Source: Heterodontus francisci (lineage: Eukaryota). From it: 64,000 bases of DNA. Location of the stretch: assembly GCF_036365525.1 (NCBI RefSeq), contig NW_027140515.1, positions 558,001 to 622,000 of the forward strand, in the 5' to 3' direction. Below, one piece after another: positions 13,601-26,610 of the stretch. The notes beneath the pieces are model-generated. The model was not told where the DNA came from, made no database searches, and worked only from the letters and a program-made list of their open reading frames with translations. A program made the position numbers and the translations under genes. Numbering within the stretch: position 1 is the stretch's first letter; every line of letters begins with the position of its first letter.

Positions 13601-16600
13601 CCCGGGATTGAGAGAGAGAGAGAGACCCAGGATTGAGAGAGAGAGAGAGGGACCCAGGATAGATAGAGAGAGAGACCTGGGATGGAGAGAGAGAGAGAGA
13701 GAGACCTGGGATAGAGAGAGAGAGAGAGACCAGGGATAGAGAGTGAGAGAGAGACCTGGGACAGAGAGAACAAGGCAGACCCAGGATAGCGAGAGAGAGA
13801 GACCCGGGATAGAGAGAGAGAGGGAGACTCACGGGAAGGAGAGAGAGGGACCTGGGATGGTGAGAGAGAAACCCGGGAAGGAGAGAGAGAGATCTGGGAT
13901 GGAGAGAGAGAGAGACCAGGGATAGAGAGTGAGAGAGAGACCTGGGACAGAGAGAACAAGGCAGACCCAGGATAGCGAGAGAGAGAGACCCGGGATAGAG
14001 AGAGAGGGAGACTCACGGGAAGGAGAGAGAGGGACCTGGGATGGTGAGAGAGAAACCCGGGAAGGAGAGAGAGGGACCTGGGATGGAGAGAGAGAAACCC
14101 GGGAAGGAGAGAGAGGGACCTGGGATGGAGAGAGAGAAACCCGGGAAGGAGAGAGAGGGACCCGGGATGGAGAGAGAGGGACCCGGGAAGGAGAGAGAGA
14201 AACCCGGGAAGGAGAGAGAGAAACACGGGAAGGAGAGAGAGAAACCCGGGAAGGAGAGAGAGAAACCCGGGAAGGAGAGAGAGGGACCCGGGATGGAGAG
14301 AGAGGGACCCGGGAAGGAGAGAGAGGGACCCGGGAAGGAGAGAGAGGGACCCGGGAAGGAGAGAGAGGGACCCGGAATGGAGAGAGAGGGACCCGGGATG
14401 GAGAGAGAAGGAGAGACCCGGGATGGAGAGAGAGACCCGGGATAGAGCGAGAGAGAGAGGCCCGGGATAGAGAGAGAGAGGGAGTCCCAGGATGGCGAGA
14501 GAGAGAGAGACCTGGGATAGAAAGAGAGAGAGACCGATTTAGAGAGAGAGGCAGACCAGGGATAGAGAGAGGGAGACCGGGATAGAGAAAGAGAGAGTGA
14601 TCCGGGATAGAGGGAGAGAAAGAGACCCAGGGTAGAGAGTGAGAGAGAGACCCGGGATAGAGAGAGAGAGAGAGAGAGACCCGGGATAGAGAGGGAGGGA
14701 GAGAGACCCAGGATCGGGAGATGGAGAGAGACCCGGGATAGGGAGAGGGAGTGTGACCTGGGTTGAGAGAGAGAGAGAGACCCGGGATAGGGAGAGGGAG
14801 AGAGACCTGGGATAGGGAGAGGGAGTGAGACCTGGGTTGAGAGAGAGAGAGACCCGGGAAAGATAGAGAGTGAGAGACCCGGGATAGGGAGAGAGTGAGA
14901 GACCCGGGATAGAGAGAGAGAGAGAGGCCCGGGATAGAGAGAGAGAGAGAGGCCCGGGATAGAGAGAGAGAGAGAGGCCCGGGATAGAGAGAGAGAGAGG
15001 GGCCCGGGATAGGGAGAGAGAGAGAGAGACCCGGGATAGAGAGAGAGAGAGGGAGACCCGGGATAGAGAGAGAGAGAGGGAGGCCCGGGATAGAGAGAGA
15101 GAGAGAGAGACCCGGGATAGAGAGAGAGAGAGAGAGACCCGGGATAGAGAGAGAGAGAGAGAGAGAGAGACCCGGGATAGAGAGAGAGAGAGAGAGACCC
15201 GGGATAGAGAGAGAGAGAGAGAGACCCGGGATAGAGAGAGAGAGAGAGAGACCCGGGATAGAGAGAGAGAGAGAGAGACCCGGGATAGAGAGAGAGAGAG
15301 AGAGACCCGGGAGAGAGAGCGAGAGAGAGAGGCCCGGGACAGAGAGAGAGTGAGAGGCCCGGGACAGAGAGAGAGTGAGAGGCCCGGGACAGAGAGAGAG
15401 TGAGAGGCCCGGGACAGAGAGAGAGTGAGAGGCCCGGGACAGAGAGAGAGTGGGAGACCCGGGACAGAGAGAAAGAGAGAGACCCGAGATAGAGAGAGAG
15501 GGAGAGAGATCCTAGATAGAGAGAGAGGGAGAGAGACCCGGGATAGAGAGAGAGGGAGAGAGACCCGGGATAGAGAGAGAGTGAGAGAGACCCGGGATAG
15601 AGAGAGAGGGAGAGAGACCCGGGATAGAGAGAGAGTGAGAGAGACCTGGGATGGAGAGAGACCCGGGATAGAGAGAGAGTGAGAGAGACCCGGGATAGAG
15701 AGAGAGTGAGAGAGACCCGGGATAGAGAGAGAGGGAGAGAGACCCGGGATAGAGAGAGAGAGAGAGCCCGGGATAGAGAGAGAGTGAGAGAGACCCGGGA
15801 TGGAGAGAGAGTGAGAGAGACCTGGGATCGAGAGAGAGCCCGGGATAGAGAGAGAGTGAGAGAGACCCGGGATGGAGAGAGAGTGAGAGAGACCTGGGAT
15901 CGAGAGAGACCCGGGATAGAGAGAGAGGGAGAGAGACCCGGTATAGAGAGAGNNNNNNNNNNNNNNNNNNNNNNNNNNNNNNNNNNNNNNNNNNNNNNNN
16001 NNNNNNNNNNNNNNNNNNNNNNNNNNNNNNNNNNNNNNNNNNNNNNNNNNNNNNNNNNNNNNNNNNNNNNNNNNNNNNNNNNNNNAGAGTGAGAGAGCCC
16101 GGGATAGAGAGAGAGTGAGAGAGACCCGGGATGGAGAGAGAGTGAGAGAGACCTGGGATCGAGAGAGACCCGGGATAGAGAGAGAGGGAGAGACCCGGGA
16201 TAGAGAGAGAGAAAGAGGACCGGGATAGAGAGAAAGAGGACCGGGATAGAGAAAGAGAGACCCGGGATAGAGAGAGAGAGAGAGGACCGGGATAGAGAGA
16301 GAGCGACCCGGGATAGAGAGAGAGAGACCCGGGATAGGGAGAGAGAAACTAGGGAGAGGGAGAGAGACCCAGGAAAGAGAGAGGGGGTGACCCGGGATAG
16401 AGAGAGAGAGAGAGACCTGGGATAGAGAGAGAGAGAGAGACCTGGGATAGAGAGAGAGAGACGAGGGAGAGGGAGAGAGACCCAGGATAGAGAGAGGGAG
16501 CGACCCGGGATAGAGAGAGAGAGAGAGAGACCCAGGATAGAGAGAGTGAGAGAGAGACCCGGGATAGAGAGAGAGAGACCCGGGATAGGGAGGGAGAGAG

Positions 16601-19568
16601 AGAGAGAGAGAGAGAGACCCGGGATGAAGAGAGAGAGAGAGAGGTCCGGGATGGAGAGAGAGGGGTCCGGGTTGGATAGGGAGAGAGAGAGAGACCCGGG
16701 ATGGAGAGAGAGAGAGAGACCCGGGATGGGGAGAGAGAGAGAGACCGTGGATAGAGAGTGAGAGACAGACTCGGGATAGAAAGAGAGAGAGAGAGAGAGA
16801 CACACACAGGATGGAGAGAGAGAGTGACCCAGTATGCAGAGAGAGTGTCCTGGGATAGAGGGAGAGAGAGGGAAGGACCCAGGATGGAGAGAGAGGGAGA
16901 GACCCGGAGACCTGCGATAGAGACAGACACACAGGATGGAGAGAGTGAGAGAGAGAGAGTAGGAGGCCCAGGATGGCGAGAGAGAGAGAGACCTGGGATA
17001 GAAAGAGAGAGAGACCCGGGATTGAGAGAGAGAGAGAGACCCAGGATTGAGAGAGAGAGAGAGGGACCCAGGATAGATAGAGAGAGAGACCTGGGATGGA
17101 GAGAGAGAGAGAGAGAGACCTGGGATAGAGAGAGAGAGACCAGGGATAGAGAGTGAGAGAGAGACCTGGGACAGAGAGAACAAGGCAGACCCAGGATAGC
17201 GAGAGAGAGAGACCCGGGATAGAGAGAGAGGGAGACTCACGGGAAGGAGAGAGAGGGACCTGGGATGGTGAGAGAGAAACCCGGGAAGGAGAGAGAGGGA
17301 CCTGGGATGGAGAGAGAGAAACCCGGGAAGGAGAGAGAGGGACCCGGGATGGAGAGAGAGGGACCCGGGAAGGAGAGAGAGAAACCCGGGAAGGAGAGAG
17401 AGAAACCCGGGAAGGAGAGAGAGAAACCCGGGAAGGAGAGAGAGAGACCCGGGATGGAGAGAGAGGGACCCGGGAAGGAGAGAGAGGGACCCGGGAAGGA
17501 GAGAGAGGGACCCGGGAAGGAGAGAGAGGGACCCGGGAAGGAGAGAGAGGGACCCGGAATGGAGAGAGAGGGACCCGGGATGGAGAGAGAAGGAGAGACC
17601 CGGGATGGAGAGAGAGACCCGGGATAGAGCGAGAGAGAGAGGCCCGGGATAGAGAGAGAGAGGGAGTCCCAGGATGGCGAGAGAGAGAGAGACCTGGGAT
17701 AGAAAGAGAGAGAGACCGATTTAGAGAGAGAGGCAGACCAGGGATAGAGAGAGGGAGACCGGGATAGAGAAAGAGAGAGTGATCCGGGATAGAGGGAGAG
17801 AAAGAGACCCAGGGTAGAGAGTGAGAGAGAGACCCGGGATAGAGAGAGAGAGAGAGAGAGACCCGGGATAGAGAGGGAGGGAGAGAGACCCAGGATCGGG
17901 AGAGGGAGAGAGACCCGGGATAGGGAGAGGGAGTGTGACCTGGGTTGAGAGAGAGAGAGAGACCCGGGATAGGGAGAGGGAGAGAGACCCGGGATAGGGA
18001 GAGGGAGAGAGACCCGGGATAGGGAGAGGGAGAGAGACCTGGGATAGGGAGAGGGAGTGAGACCTGGGTTGAGAGAGAGAGAGACCCGGGATAGATAGAG
18101 AGTGAGAGACCCGGGATAGGGAGAGAGTGAGAGACCCGGGATAGAGAGAGAGAGAGAGGCCCGGGATAGAGAGAGAGAGAGAGGCCCGGGATAGAGAGAG
18201 AGAGAGAGGCCTGGGATAGAGAGAGAGAGAGGGGCCCGGGATAGGGAGAGAGAGAGAGAGACCCGGGATAGAGAGAGAGAGAGGGAGGCCCGGGATAGAG
18301 AGAGAGAGAGAGGCCCGGGATAGAGAGAGAGAGAGAGGCCTGGGATAGAGAGAGAGAGAGGGGCCCGGGATAGGGAGAGAGAGAGAGAGACCCGGGATAG
18401 GGAGAGAGAGAGAGAGACCCGGGATAGAGAGAGAGAGAGGGAGGCCCGGGATAGAGAGAGAGAGAGAGAGACCCGGGATAGAGAGAGAGAGAGAGAGACC
18501 CGGGATAGAGAGAGAGAGAGAGAGACCCGGGATAGAGAGAGAGAGAGAGAGACCCGGGATAGAGAGAGAGAGAGAGAGAGACCCGGGATAGAGAGAGAGA
18601 GAGAGAGACCCGGGATAGAGAGAGAGAGAGAGAGGCCCGGGACAGAGAGAGAGTGAGAGGCCCGGGACAGAGAGAGAGTGAGAGGCCCGGGACAGAGAGA
18701 GAGTGAGAGGCCCGGGACAGAGAGAGAGTGAGAGGCCCGGGACAGAGAGAGAGTGGGAGACCCGGGACAGAGAGAAAGAGAGAGACCCGAGATAGAGAGA
18801 GAGGGAGAGAGATCCTAGATAGAGAGAGAGGGAGAGAGATCCTAGATAGAGAGAGAGGGAGAGAGACCCGGGATAGAGAGAGAGGGAGAGAGACCCGGGA
18901 TAGAGAGAGAGTGAGAGAGACCCGGGATAGAGAGAGAGGGAGAGAGACCCGGGATAGAGAGAGAGTGAGAGAGACCTGGGATGGAGAGAGACCCGGGATA
19001 GAGAGAGAGTGAGAGAGACCCGGGATAGAGAGAGAGTGAGAGAGACCCGGGATAGAGAGAGAGGGAGAGAGACCCGGGATAGAGAGAGAGAGAGAGCCCG
19101 GGATAGAGAGAGAGTGAGAGAGACCCGGGATAGAGAGAGAGTGAGAGAGACCTGGGATGGAGAGAGACCCGGGATAGAGAGAGAGGGAGAGACCCGGGAT
19201 AGAGAGAGAGAAAGAGGACCGGGATAGAGAGAAAGAGGACCGGGATAGAGAGAGAGAGACCCGGGATAGAGAGAGAGAGAGAGGACCGGGATAGAGAGAG
19301 AGCGACCCGGGATAGAGAGAGAGAGACCCGGGATAGGGAGAGAGAAACTAGGGAGAGGGAGAGAGATCCAGGAAAGAGAGAGGGGGTGACCCGGGATAGA
19401 GAGAGAGAGAGAGACCTGGGATAGAGAGAGAGAGACGAGGGAGAGGGAGAGAGACCCAGGAAAGAGAGAGGGAGAGACCCGTGATAGAGAGAGAGAGAGA
19501 GGGAGAGACCCGTGATAGAGAGAGAGAGAGAGAGAGAGACCCGGGATAGAGAGAGAGAGACCCGGGAT

Positions 19569-19599
<31 letters not shown>

Positions 19600-22085
19600 C
19601 CCGGGATGAAGAGAGAGAGAGAGAGAGAGGTCCGGGATGGAGAGAGAGGGGTCCAGGTTGGATAGGGAGAGAGAGAGAGACCCGGGATGGAGAGAGAGAG
19701 AGAGACCCGGGATGGGGAGAGAGAGAGAGACCCAGGATAGAGAGTGAGAGACAGACTCGGGATAGAAAGAGAGAGAGAGAGAGAGACACACACAGGATGG
19801 AGAGAGAGAGTGACCCAGTATGCAGAGAGAGTGTCCTGGGATAGAGGGAGAGAGAGGGAAGGACCCAGGATGGAGAGAGAGGGAGAGACCCGGAGACCTG
19901 CGATAGAGAGAGACACACAGGATGGAGAGAGTGAGAGAGAGAGAGAAGGAGGCCCAGGATGGCGAGAGAGAGAGAGACCTGGGATAGAAAGAGAGAGATA
20001 CCCAGGATTGAGAGAGAGAGAGAGAGACCCAGGATTGAGAGAGAGTGAGAGGGACCCGGGATAGATAGAGAGAGAGACCTGGGATGGAGAGAGAGAGAGA
20101 CCCGGGATAGAGAGTGAGAGAGAGACCTGGGACAGAGAGAACAAGGCAGACCCAGGATAGAGAGAGAGAGACCCAGGATAGCGAGAGAGGGAGACTCACG
20201 GGAAGGAGAGAGAGGGACCTGGGATGGAGAGAGAGAAACCCAGGAAGGAGAGAGAGGGACCTGGGATGGAGAGAGAGGGACCCGGGATGGAGAGAGAGGG
20301 ACCCGGGATGGAGAGAGAGGGACCCGGGATGGAGAGAGAGGGACCCGGGATGGAGAGAGAGGGACCCGGGATGGAGAGAGAGGGACCCGGGATGGAGAGA
20401 GAGAAACCCGGGAAGGAGAGAGAGAGTCCCGGGAAGGAGAGAGAGGGACCCGGGAAGGAGAGAGAGGGACCCGGGAAGGAGAGAGAGGGACCCGGGAAGG
20501 AGAGAGAGGGACCCGGGATGGAGAGAGAGGGACCCGGGATGGAGAGAGAGGGACCCGGGATGGAGAGAGAGGGACCCGGGATGGAGAGAGAGGGACCCGG
20601 GATGGAGAGAGAGGGACCCGGGATGGAGAGAGAGAGAGAAACCCGGGATGGAGAGAGAGAAACCCGGGATGGAGAGAGAGAAACCCGGGATGGAGAGAGA
20701 GAAACCCGGGATGGAGAGAGAGAAACCTGGGATGGAGAGAGAGAGAGAGAGGGACCCGGGATAGAGAGAGAGAGAGGGACCCGGGATAGAGAGAGAGAGA
20801 GGGACCCGGGATAGAGAGAGAGAGAGAAACCCGGGATGGAGAGAGAGAAACCCGGGATGGAGAGAGAGGGACCCGGGATGGAGAGAGAGACCCGGGATGG
20901 AGAGAGAGAGACAGACCTGGGATAGAAAGAGAGAGAGAGAGACACACAGGATGGAGAGAGAGAGCGAGCCAGTATGCAGAGTGTGTGTCCTGGGATCGAG
21001 GGAGAGAGAGGGAAGGACCCAGGATGGAGAGAGAGGGAGAGACCCGGAGTTGAAAGAGAGAGAGGGAGGCCTGTGATGGAGAGAGAGAGAGAGAGACCTG
21101 CGATAGAGAGAGAGACACGGGATGGAGAGAGTGAGTGAGAGAGAGAGAGGCCCAGGATGGCGATAGAGAGAGAGAGAGAGAGACCCGGGATGGAGAAAGA
21201 GAGAGAGACCCGGGATGGAGAGAGAGAGAGAGACCCGGGATGCAGGGAGCGAGAGAGTCCGGGACAGAGAGAGAGAGTGTCCCGGGATGGGGAGAGAGAG
21301 AGAGCGAGTTAGACCCAGGATAGAGAGAGAGAGAGAGTCCCAGGATAGAGAGAGTTAGACCCAGGATAGGGAGAGAGACCCGGGGGAGAGAGAGAGAGAC
21401 CCGGGTTAGAGAGAGTGAGGCAGACCCGGGATAGAGAGAGAGAGACCCGAGATGGAGAGAGAGGCAGCCCCGGGATAGAGAGAGCGAGACCTGGGATAGA
21501 GAGAGACCCGGGATGGAGAAAGAGACACGGGATGCAGAGAGAGGGTGACTCCCGGGAAGAGAGAGAGACCTGTGATGGAGAGAGAGAGACCTGTGATGGA
21601 GAGAGAGAGACCTGTGATGGAGAGAGAGAGACCTGTGATGGAGAGAGTGAGTCCTGGGATGGAGAGAGAAACCCGGGATGGAAAGAGTGGGACCTGGGAT
21701 GGAGAGAGAGAGTCCTGGGATGGAGAGAGAGAGTCCTGGGATGGAGAGAGAGGGACCCGGGATGGAGAGAGAGGGACCCGGGATGGAGAGAGAGGGACCC
21801 GGGATGGAGAGAGAGGGACCCGGGATGGAGAGAGAGGGACCCGGGATGGAGAGAGAGAGAGAGAGAGAGACCCGGGGTGGAGAGAGAGAGAGAGAGACCC
21901 GGGATGGAGAGAGAGAGGGAGACCCTGGATGGAGAGAGAGAGGGAGACCCAGGAAAGAGAGAGAGAGAGACCTGGGATGGAGAGAGAGACACAGGATGGA
22001 GAGAGAAACCCGGGCTGGAGAGAGAGGGACCTGGAATGGAGAGAGAAAGGGAGAGAACCAGATAGAGAAAAAGAGAGTGTGAGAG
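4644..22085 (+). repeat. Purine-rich complex satellite: (GA)n tracts punctuated every ~20-30 bp by CCCGGGA(T/C) and variants, with kb-scale higher-order duplications
   Basis: Directly visible. Rare marker words recur, e.g. CAGTATGCAG at ~5820, 13416, 16830, 19816 and 20970. Includes two 133-N runs. Confidence 0.97.
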
Positions 22086-22925
22086 ACCAAAAAATGTGCC
22101 TCTTTCCCAAAAGACAAACAGCAGAAAAATGGAATCCAAGGAAATGTTACACTCATATGTGAAATGTAGAGACTGAAAACACAAGAACCCAAACAGAAGA
22201 GTTATAAAGATTGACTTTTCCTTTAAAAAGTGGACAATATGCTGCAAAATGGCCGCTGAAGCTCAAAATGTATATTCAAACTGTCTTACTGTCTGGTCAG
22301 GACAAAGGAATACATTCCAAGCTGAGAGGTGTCAATTACACCCATCCTGAGCCCATCAAGAGACAGTTTTGAATTGAATGGGTTCTTCTGAAACAAAGAA
22401 GGTGTGAAGGCGCCACATCCCGGGGTCATTATCAGTCATCACAGGGAGGGGGAATCTACGTTGCCCACCAGAGGCACCATTTTGGCACTCTCTGGAGGGA
22501 GAGAGAGAGGTGGGAACCAGAACAAACATCACAAAAGCCTGTCCAGCTGAGAGTTGGGAGAAATCCAGCAGAAGCCAAAGACAGTGCCCTGCTGTGAGTT
22601 CTAAACTTCAACGTCTGCAGTAGGGAACTGAAAGAGACCCCTCATTTCTAGTTTGAAGACTCAGGAAATCTACAAACCACCCAGGCCTGCAACTTTAAAA
22701 GAGAAATTGACCTCCAAGGAGATTCAACAGCTTTACTGTAAACCCCAAGAACCTACCTCACTTCTTTTCCTCTCTGTCTATCTCTTCTTGTGGGTGTGTT
22801 TGTGTGAGTGAATGCGTGCGTGGGTGTGGTTGCGACCATTTCAGGAATGAATATTGCTCAATAAACTGTTAATCTTCTGTTTTATAACTTCAAGAAAACC
22901 TGTCATTGTCTGTTTATTTGACAAA
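22085..22925 (+). mobile_element. Possible LTR-like sequence
   Basis: Non-coding, with a GT-rich stretch followed by AATAAA (~22860) and a T-rich tail, resembling a U3/R/U5 layout. No TG..CA ends or TSD confirmed. Confidence 0.25.
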
Positions 22926-22927
22926 GA

Positions 22928-23365
22928 CTTGACTATTCCAATGCGCTCCTGACTGATCTCCCACATTCTACTTTCCGTCACCTTGAGGTCATCCAAAACT
23001 CTGCTGCCTGTGTCTTATATCGTACCGAGCCCCACTCACCTATCACCCCTGTGCTCGCTGACCTACATTGGCTACTGGTCTGGCAACGTATAGATTGTAA
23101 AATTCTCATCCTTGTTTTCAAATCCACCACCCCCCCCCCTCCCCCGCCCCCCCCATGGCCCTCGCCCCCGTCCTATCTCTGTGACCTTCTCCAGCCCCGA
23201 CCATCCTCCGAGATCTTTGCATCCCCCGACTCCCGTGGCTCCGCCGTCGGCGGCCGTGCCTTCAGCTGCCTGGGCCGCTAACCTCTGGAATTCCCTCCCC
23301 GAACCTCTCCGCCTCCCTCTCTCTCCCCCTTGACGACGCTCCTTAAAAACCTACCTCTTTGACCT
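22928..23365 (+). mobile_element. L2-clade LINE 3' fragment
   Basis: Translates as DYSNALL..IQNSAA..PITPVLADLHWL, followed by AVGGRAFS and LWNSLP in shifted frames, typical of the L2 ORF2 C-terminus. Confidence 0.75.
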
Positions 23366-23704
23366 TCGAGCACGGAAGGCTAAGGGGGAGATTTAGTCGA
23401 GGCGTTCAAAGTCAGGAAGGGATTTGGCGGAGTAAATAAGGAGAAACTGTTTCCAATGGCAGGAGGGTCGGTAACCCGGAGGGACCACATATTTAAGATA
23501 ATTGTTAATAAATCCACAGGGGATTCCGTCTTATTTCTCAAAGTGGCAGAAATTAATTATAAACATTCACTTTAGAGATTAAACAACAGACTAGGAGCAA
23601 CTGGGGGGCTGAAATGTGCTATTAATAACCAGATTCAAGGACTGGTGAATAAATTAGAATACTGCTGAATATATTTGAATAATTATGAATATATTAGCAT
23701 GAAT

Positions 23705-23985
23705 AATAAGGGCGGGGTGACCACTTCCGGTGGGGCGGGGCCAGTTGCGGCGACGGCGGATCCCGTGAGCGGAAGCCGCCATCTTTGCTGGCTGCAGCGG
23801 GCCGGAGACTGAGGTCGGGGAGAGCCGTGGGGGGTTGTTGGGGGTCGTGGTCGCTCCCAAACCCACCCCGGGGCCCGCTCGCCGGCCCCTTTTTGGGGGA
23901 ACGTTGAGCGGGAAGTGCCCCCGGGCCCTTTGCTGCCGTGGGAGCCCAGGCTGCCGCTGCGCATGCGTGAGGAAGGAAGGAGGCG
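23705..23985 (+). promoter_or_regulatory. CpG-island promoter and probable non-coding exon 1 of the Rab7-like gene
   Basis: GC boxes (GGGCGGGG x2), ETS motif CACTTCCGGT, YY1 motif GCCGCCATCTT, NRF1-like TGCGCATGCG (~23958) and a candidate donor GAG|gtcggg at 23813/23814. Confidence 0.65.
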
Positions 23986-25580
23986 GGGTTTCCCCCAGGT
24001 CTCCCCTGAATGTGAAACTAGGTGTTGCAGGGGGTTCCCCAGTTCACCTCAATATGAAACTAGGTGTTGCAGGGGGTTCCCCAGTTCACCTCAATATGAA
24101 ACTAGGTGTTGCAGGGGGTTCCCCAGTTCACCTCAATATGAAACTAGGTGTTGCAGGGGGTTCCCCAGTTCACCTCAATATGAAACTAGGTGCTTGGGGG
24201 GGGGGGTGTTTTGGTACCCCAGTTCACCTCAATATGAATCTAGGAGGTGCTAGGGGGTTCCCCCAGGTCATCCCTGAATCTGAAACTAGGTGGTGTCAGG
24301 GGTTCCCCCAGGTCCCCCCATGAATCAAATTAGGTGGTGCCAGGGGGTTCCCCCAGGTCCCTTCTGAATCTAGGAGGTGCCGGGGGGGTTCCCCCAGGTC
24401 CCTTCTGAATCGAGGAGGTGCCGGGGGGGTTCCCCCAGGTCCCTTCTGAATCGAGGAGGTGCCGGGGGGTTCCCCCAGGTCCACTCTGAATCTGAAACTA
24501 GGAGGTGCCGGGGTGGGGGGTGGTTCTCCCAGGTCCCCCCTGAATCTGATACTGGGAGGTGCCGGGGGGTTCCCCCAGATCCCCCCTGAATCTGAAACTA
24601 GGAGGTGCCGGGAGTTCCCCTAGGTCCCCCCGAATCTAAAACTAGGTGGTGCCCGGGGGGACGGTGGGGGTTCCCCCAGATCCCCCCTGAATCTGAAACT
24701 AGGAGGTGCCGGGAGTTCCCCTAGATCCCCCCTGAATCTGAAACTAGGTGGTGTCAGGGGTCACCCCAGGTCCCCCCATCTAGGACCCCTCTGAATCTAG
24801 GAGGTGCCGGGGGGTTCCCCCAGGTCCCCCCATGAATCTGAAATTAGGTGGTGCCCGGGGGGTTTCCCCCAGGACCCCTCTGAATCTAGGAGTTGCCGGG
24901 GGGCTCCCCCAGGTCCCCCCTGAATCCGAATCTAGGAGGTGCCGGGGGTTCCTCTAGGTTGCCCCTGAATCTGAAACTAGGTGGTGCCCGGGGGGAGTTC
25001 CCACAGGTCCCCTCTGAATCTAGGAGGTGCCGGGGGATTCCCCTAGATTCCCCCCTGAATTTGAAACTAGGTGGTGCCGGCAGGGGGTTTCCCCAGGTCC
25101 CCTCTGAATCTAGGTGGTGCTGGGGAGTTCCCCCAGGTTTCCCCCTCCTGAATCTGAAACTAGGAGGTGCCGGGGGGGGGGGGTGGGGGTTCCCCCTGGT
25201 GCCCCCTGAATCTAGGTAGTGCCGGGGGGTTTCCCCAGGTCTCCCCTGAATCTGAAACTAGGTGCTGGGGGCGGGGCGGGTGTGGTTCCCCAGTTCACCT
25301 CAATCTGAAACGAGGCAGTGCCAGGGGTTTCTCTCCCCTGAATCTGAAACTAGGTGGTGCGGGTGGGTTCCTCCAGGTCCCCCCCGAATCTGAAACTTGG
25401 TGGTGCCAGGGGGTTCCCCCAGGTCCCCCCCTGAATCTAGGTGGTGCTGGGGGGGTTTCCCCCTCCCGAATCTGAAACTCGGTGGTGCTGGGGGGTTCCC
25501 CCAGGTTTCCCCCTCCCGAATCTGAAACTAGGTGATGCCAGGGGCTCCCCCAGATCCCCCTTCAATCTGAAACTAGGCAG
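23985..25580 (+). repeat. G/C-run minisatellite, ~36-45-bp units (TGAATCTGAAACTAGGTGGTGCCGGGGGGTTCCCCCAGGTCCCCC-like), in Rab7 intron 1
   Basis: Directly visible; the first units are near-perfect 42-mers. Confidence 0.92.
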
Positions 25581-25845
25581 TGGGCCAGGAGGTGACCAGG
25601 TGTCTCCTCTCCGGGACATCAGCATGCTTTGCTTCTTTCCTCCCTCCCTTTTCCACGAGGAATCACCACCCCTCCTTTGCTGCCTCGCTCCTGAACTTGG
25701 TGTCAGGAGTATCTGAAGGCGAGGGGTTGAGCCTGGGGGCGGGGAGAGGGGCAGTGTTTGGTGATGAAAAGCCTGCTGGCAGCCCTTGCGGCTTTGAACT
25801 CAGTTTCGTTTGTCTTCTGATTGCTCACTCAGAATTTTCCTGTTT

Positions 25846-26610
25846 CATAGAAATTAGGAGGAGTAGGCCATTCGGCCCTTCGAGCCTGCTCCGCCATTCA
25901 TTATGATCATGGCTGATCATCCAACTCAGTAACCTGTTCCCGCTTTCGCCCCATACCCTTTGATCCCTTTGGACCCAAGAGTTATATCTAACTCCTTCTT
26001 GAAAACATACAATGTTTTGGCCTCAACTGCTTTCTGTGGTAGCGAATTCCACAGGCTCACCACTCTCCGGGTGAAGAAATTTCTCCTCATCTCAGTCCTG
26101 AAAGGTTTACCCCGCATCCTTAGACTATGACCCCTGGTTCTGTTCTCCCCCACCATCGGGAACATCCGTCCTGCATCTACCCTGTCAAGTCCTGTTAGAA
26201 TTTTATAGGTTTCTACGAGATCCCCCCTCACTCTTCTGAACTCCAGCGAATATAATCCTAACCGACTCAATCTCTCCTCATACGTCAGTCCCACCATCCC
26301 GGGAATCAGTCTGGTAAACCTTCGCTGCACTCCCTCTATAGCAAGAACATCCTTCCTCAGATAAGGAGACCAAAACTCCACACAATATTCCAGGCGTGGC
26401 CTCACCAAGGCCCTGTATAACTGCAGCAAGACATCCCTGCTCCTGTACTCGAATCCTCTCGCTATGAAGGCCAACAAACCATTTCCCTTTTTTACCGCCT
26501 GTTGCACCTGCATGCTTACCTTCAGCGACTGGTGTACGAGAACACCCAGGTCTCGCTGCATATTCCCCCTCTCTCAGTTGATAGCCGTTCAGATAATAAT
26601 CTGCCTTCCT
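25846..26610 (-). mobile_element. 5'-truncated CR1/HER1-type LINE with intact 3' tail
   Basis: ORF 25926-26561 (RDLGVLVH..LYRALVRPRLEYC..VQRRFTRLIPG..WNSLP) and the 3' stem-loop tail ggctcgaagggccgaatggcctactcct. Confidence 0.9.

Noticed and set aside
4398-22247. Very long ORFs (up to 1380 aa) rich in SL/ER repeats
   Set aside because: They are translations of the (GA)n/CCCGGG satellite, open in several frames and through N runs, with no domains.
23654-23964. Minus-strand ATG (AAGATGGCGGC) as the CCDC22 start at a bidirectional promoter
   Set aside because: The peptide MAASAHGIRRR does not resemble the CCDC22 N-terminus and soon stops; it is better explained as a YY1 motif.
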